The notes under the pieces: generated by a model
Database searches by the model: none
Told to the model about the DNA's origin: nothing
Seen by the model: the letters and a program-made list of their open reading frames with translations, nothing else
Shown here: positions 62,701-64,000 of the stretch, in pieces
How positions within the stretch are numbered: the stretch's first letter is position 1
How the letters are laid out: every line of letters starts with the position of its first letter
Program-made: the position numbers and the translations under genes
DNA from: a virus
Length of the DNA stretch: 64,000 nucleotides
IMG/VR virus record: IMGVR_UViG_3300046779_001269
Span: 32,001-96,000 of that record
Strand: one strand, 5' to 3'

Positions 62701-64000
62701 TGAAAGTTGTTGCGCCATCAAATCTGAATAATTCTTGCTGTGTTGATGTTGTGTCGTTGAAATTTACCCAAAACTCAAGTGTGAAGTCACTGGAACCAAC
62801 ATTATACACTGAACTTGTTGGTGTATAAATTTGTGATATATCACGTGTTGAGTTTAAATGATATGAACTACCATATGTTGTGATTGTATTACTTGTGTAA
62901 GATAACGCTGTGAATGGAGATACTGCCAATGGCTTTATCGCAGTAACTGAAGATGGTGTGATTGTATAATTATTTGTTGAATTGTCAACAAGTTTATCAG
63001 ATTGTAAACCTAAGAATACTGTGTTTGCAATTGCAGTTAATGGTCCTGTTGGTGGTGTGAAGTTTGGTGTTGTTGTGCTTGAACCACTATACAACGCCGT
63101 GCCTCTAACAATACGGAAGTTAGAAATGTGCCCACCTGGGAATGGATAACCCGAACTGTAATATGCACCAATGGCCAGATATGTGGATGAAGTATAGTTA
63201 TAAGTATCAACATCGGTATAAATTTGTACACCATCAATATACACTCTGTAAGTACCACTGGATCTCACTTGAGCAAAATGGTACCATCTATTCAGACTGG
63301 GTGAACTACCTATTCCACTAGGGTCACCATAATTCTTGTGAAAATTGTGCCACAAATTGTTGTAGAATGATAGTGATAACCCATCACCAGAACTGGGCAA
63401 ATAGCCGGTTGGTGTCAAATGGTAAATACCACTATTACCAGGTGAAGAGGTTAAATAGACCCAACCTTCAACAGTAAAATCGCCTGTGCCTAAACCACCA
63501 GTAATTGGTGCCGTTACATATGCACTTGAACTAAAATTGGTTGAATAGTATTGTGTATTGGCTTGATATAATGTACTGAACGGATGTGTTGATTCTATTC
63601 TAGGTGTGCCATCTACTGTTAATGTAGTGTTGTAACTACTCCTATCTTCAAATTTAGTAGAACTGGCTGCCAAAAATGTTGTGTTTGCTATTGCTGTTAG
63701 TGGTGTTGATGGTGGAGTAAAATTGTTAGTGTAAGCAGCAGTGCCGTTCAAGATACGTAAATTTGAAACATAGTATGGAGAACTCGTTTCCGTACCATCA
63801 CTATTTTTACTCATGTAGATTGTGGAGTGTGACCAGTTTGTACTATCTGCGTATGAAGTACCAGATACACCATTCAAGTAAATGTTAATAGTACCAGAAT
63901 TTCTAACCATCGCAATGTGATTCCATGCAGCCACACGTACATTAGCCGTAAAACCTTTTTCAGTATTGTTGTTATATACTCTAACGCCTGTTGACGACCT
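59723..64000 (-). CDS. giant multi-LamG virion protein (5' end beyond window)
   Basis: Same LamG repeats; frame open to position 64000. Confidence 0.88.
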   Translation of the reverse strand, partial: RSSTGVRVYNNNTEKGFTANVRVAAWNHIAMVRNSGTINIYLNGVSGTSYADSTNWSHSTIYMSKNSDGTETSSPYYVSNLRILNGTAAYTNNFTPPSTPLTAIANTTFLAASSTKFEDRSSYNTTLTVDGTPRIESTHPFSTLYQANTQYYSTNFSSSAYVTAPITGGLGTGDFTVEGWVYLTSSPGNSGIYHLTPTGYLPSSGDGLSLSFYNNLWHNFHKNYGDPSGIGSSPSLNRWYHFAQVRSSGTYRVYIDGVQIYTDVDTYNYTSSTYLAIGAYYSSGYPFPGGHISNFRIVRGTALYSGSSTTTPNFTPPTGPLTAIANTVFLGLQSDKLVDNSTNNYTITPSSVTAIKPLAVSPFTALSYTSNTITTYGSSYHLNSTRDISQIYTPTSSVYNVGSSDFTLEFWVNFNDTTSTQQELFRFDGATTFNPYLMLWNSNEFYFRTTETTGDIVTPFSSGITAGRWVHLCVTRSGNNYTIYRNGISVATGTSTGVVNENKKLILGSGNFKGYLSDVRFTKGSVLYTSNFVPEFTRPLTAGANTQLLTLQTNGSRNNNSFRDESSFNNIITRSGNVSQGTFSPYSQTGWSNYFVGTSSQYFTLPTAAATAFGGFNGNFTTIEFWAYQTTSSTGSTNEVIGTWAAVAANGRWYVEIGNGAASTGATSKVFFTWTTSTGSVDSVTTTAVVPVNQWAHIAIVVNATGSAGAHTVDIYVNGTGQSFTSRNFSSQTSTYDRLRIAGNGSSYFNGYLSNLRVVRGTTNTVGYTGSSISVPTLPFIPVTGTVLLTCQDNRFVDDSRNNIVLTPVSTPSVQAFSPFGGITSVPTSYSVYFDGSGDYLTVPGSSNFVLAADYTIEAWIYSSSTTWSIYSTGGSGATDQFSCDAGTLYWAYNIFGGGTANFFTSSDINQWTHIAASRSSGTTKLFKNGVVMATSTTNESIGSTNTVNIGRRLDGSYHLNGYMSNFRIVKGTALYTGAFTPPTSPLTAVTNTLLLTCQNSTLIDNSTNYFTLTAVGDTKPLPFNPFGQTTTTQVSYSPTTNGGSIYFDGTGDKLTVANYPTLGFKANDFTIQCWFYTNVASTEQVIMTNGWAAYAPWLIRIDSGNTLRLNMSLNGGSWVVNEGSLGTVTPGQWYHVAVTRTSGVLRAFTNGVQTYTTDLTTSTLYDGSQALTIGGRSDTTSMLNGYISDAQLINGFSLYRANFVPPVAPATPTYRIGANTGTSTLLLSGTSGGIIDMHGSNNLETVGDVIVTKSRYPYSTAGQSYYFDGTDWLYSASTDALSFGTGDFTVEYWMYSTTGGTQRFITGTNAAGTDTFMSYIFGGSELSVLIAGTVYNPATSIATNTWHHIAITRSSGTVRLFLNGTQVGTNQTITASITNTRLTIGNGVQYTGAHTGYLSDIRITKGVARYTANFTRPTATFEVK

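Noticed and set aside
524-63258. Numerous short opposite-strand or alternate-frame ORFs within core genes
   Set aside because: They lie inside well-supported CDSs or tRNAs and have antisense-like composition.

Overview
A 64-kb segment of a large T4-like (T4-superfamily) myophage genome, almost entirely encoded on the minus strand. From right to left it holds giant LamG/Ig-repeat fibre genes, the neck/tail/head core (gp13-gp23, gp3), and uvsY-uvsW-gp55-gp47-gp46. Next come a peptide deformylase, a DUF4338/DruA-like gene, a ParB-like gene, a glycosyltransferase and dNMP kinase, then gp45-gp44-gp62-regA and hsp20. A ~9-kb accessory/RNA island follows, then gp43-uvsX-gp41 and a second DUF4338-like gene running off the left edge. 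The island holds 30 CCA-encoding tRNA genes covering all 20 amino acids, three non-canonical tRNA-like RNAs, a ~880-nt GOLLD-like RNA with an embedded tRNA-like domain, and several other structured spacer RNAs. The most striking unannotated signal lies directly upstream of the tRNA array. A sigma70 promoter drives a 38-codon leader ORF containing all 20 amino acids (31 distinct codons), followed by mutually exclusive antiterminator/terminator pairings. This is a candidate attenuator that senses loss of any tRNA and switches on the phage tRNA array. The array leaders also carry rrn-type boxA signals and a 16-nt leader-trailer complement. All family assignments come from motif recognition by eye; no searches were run.
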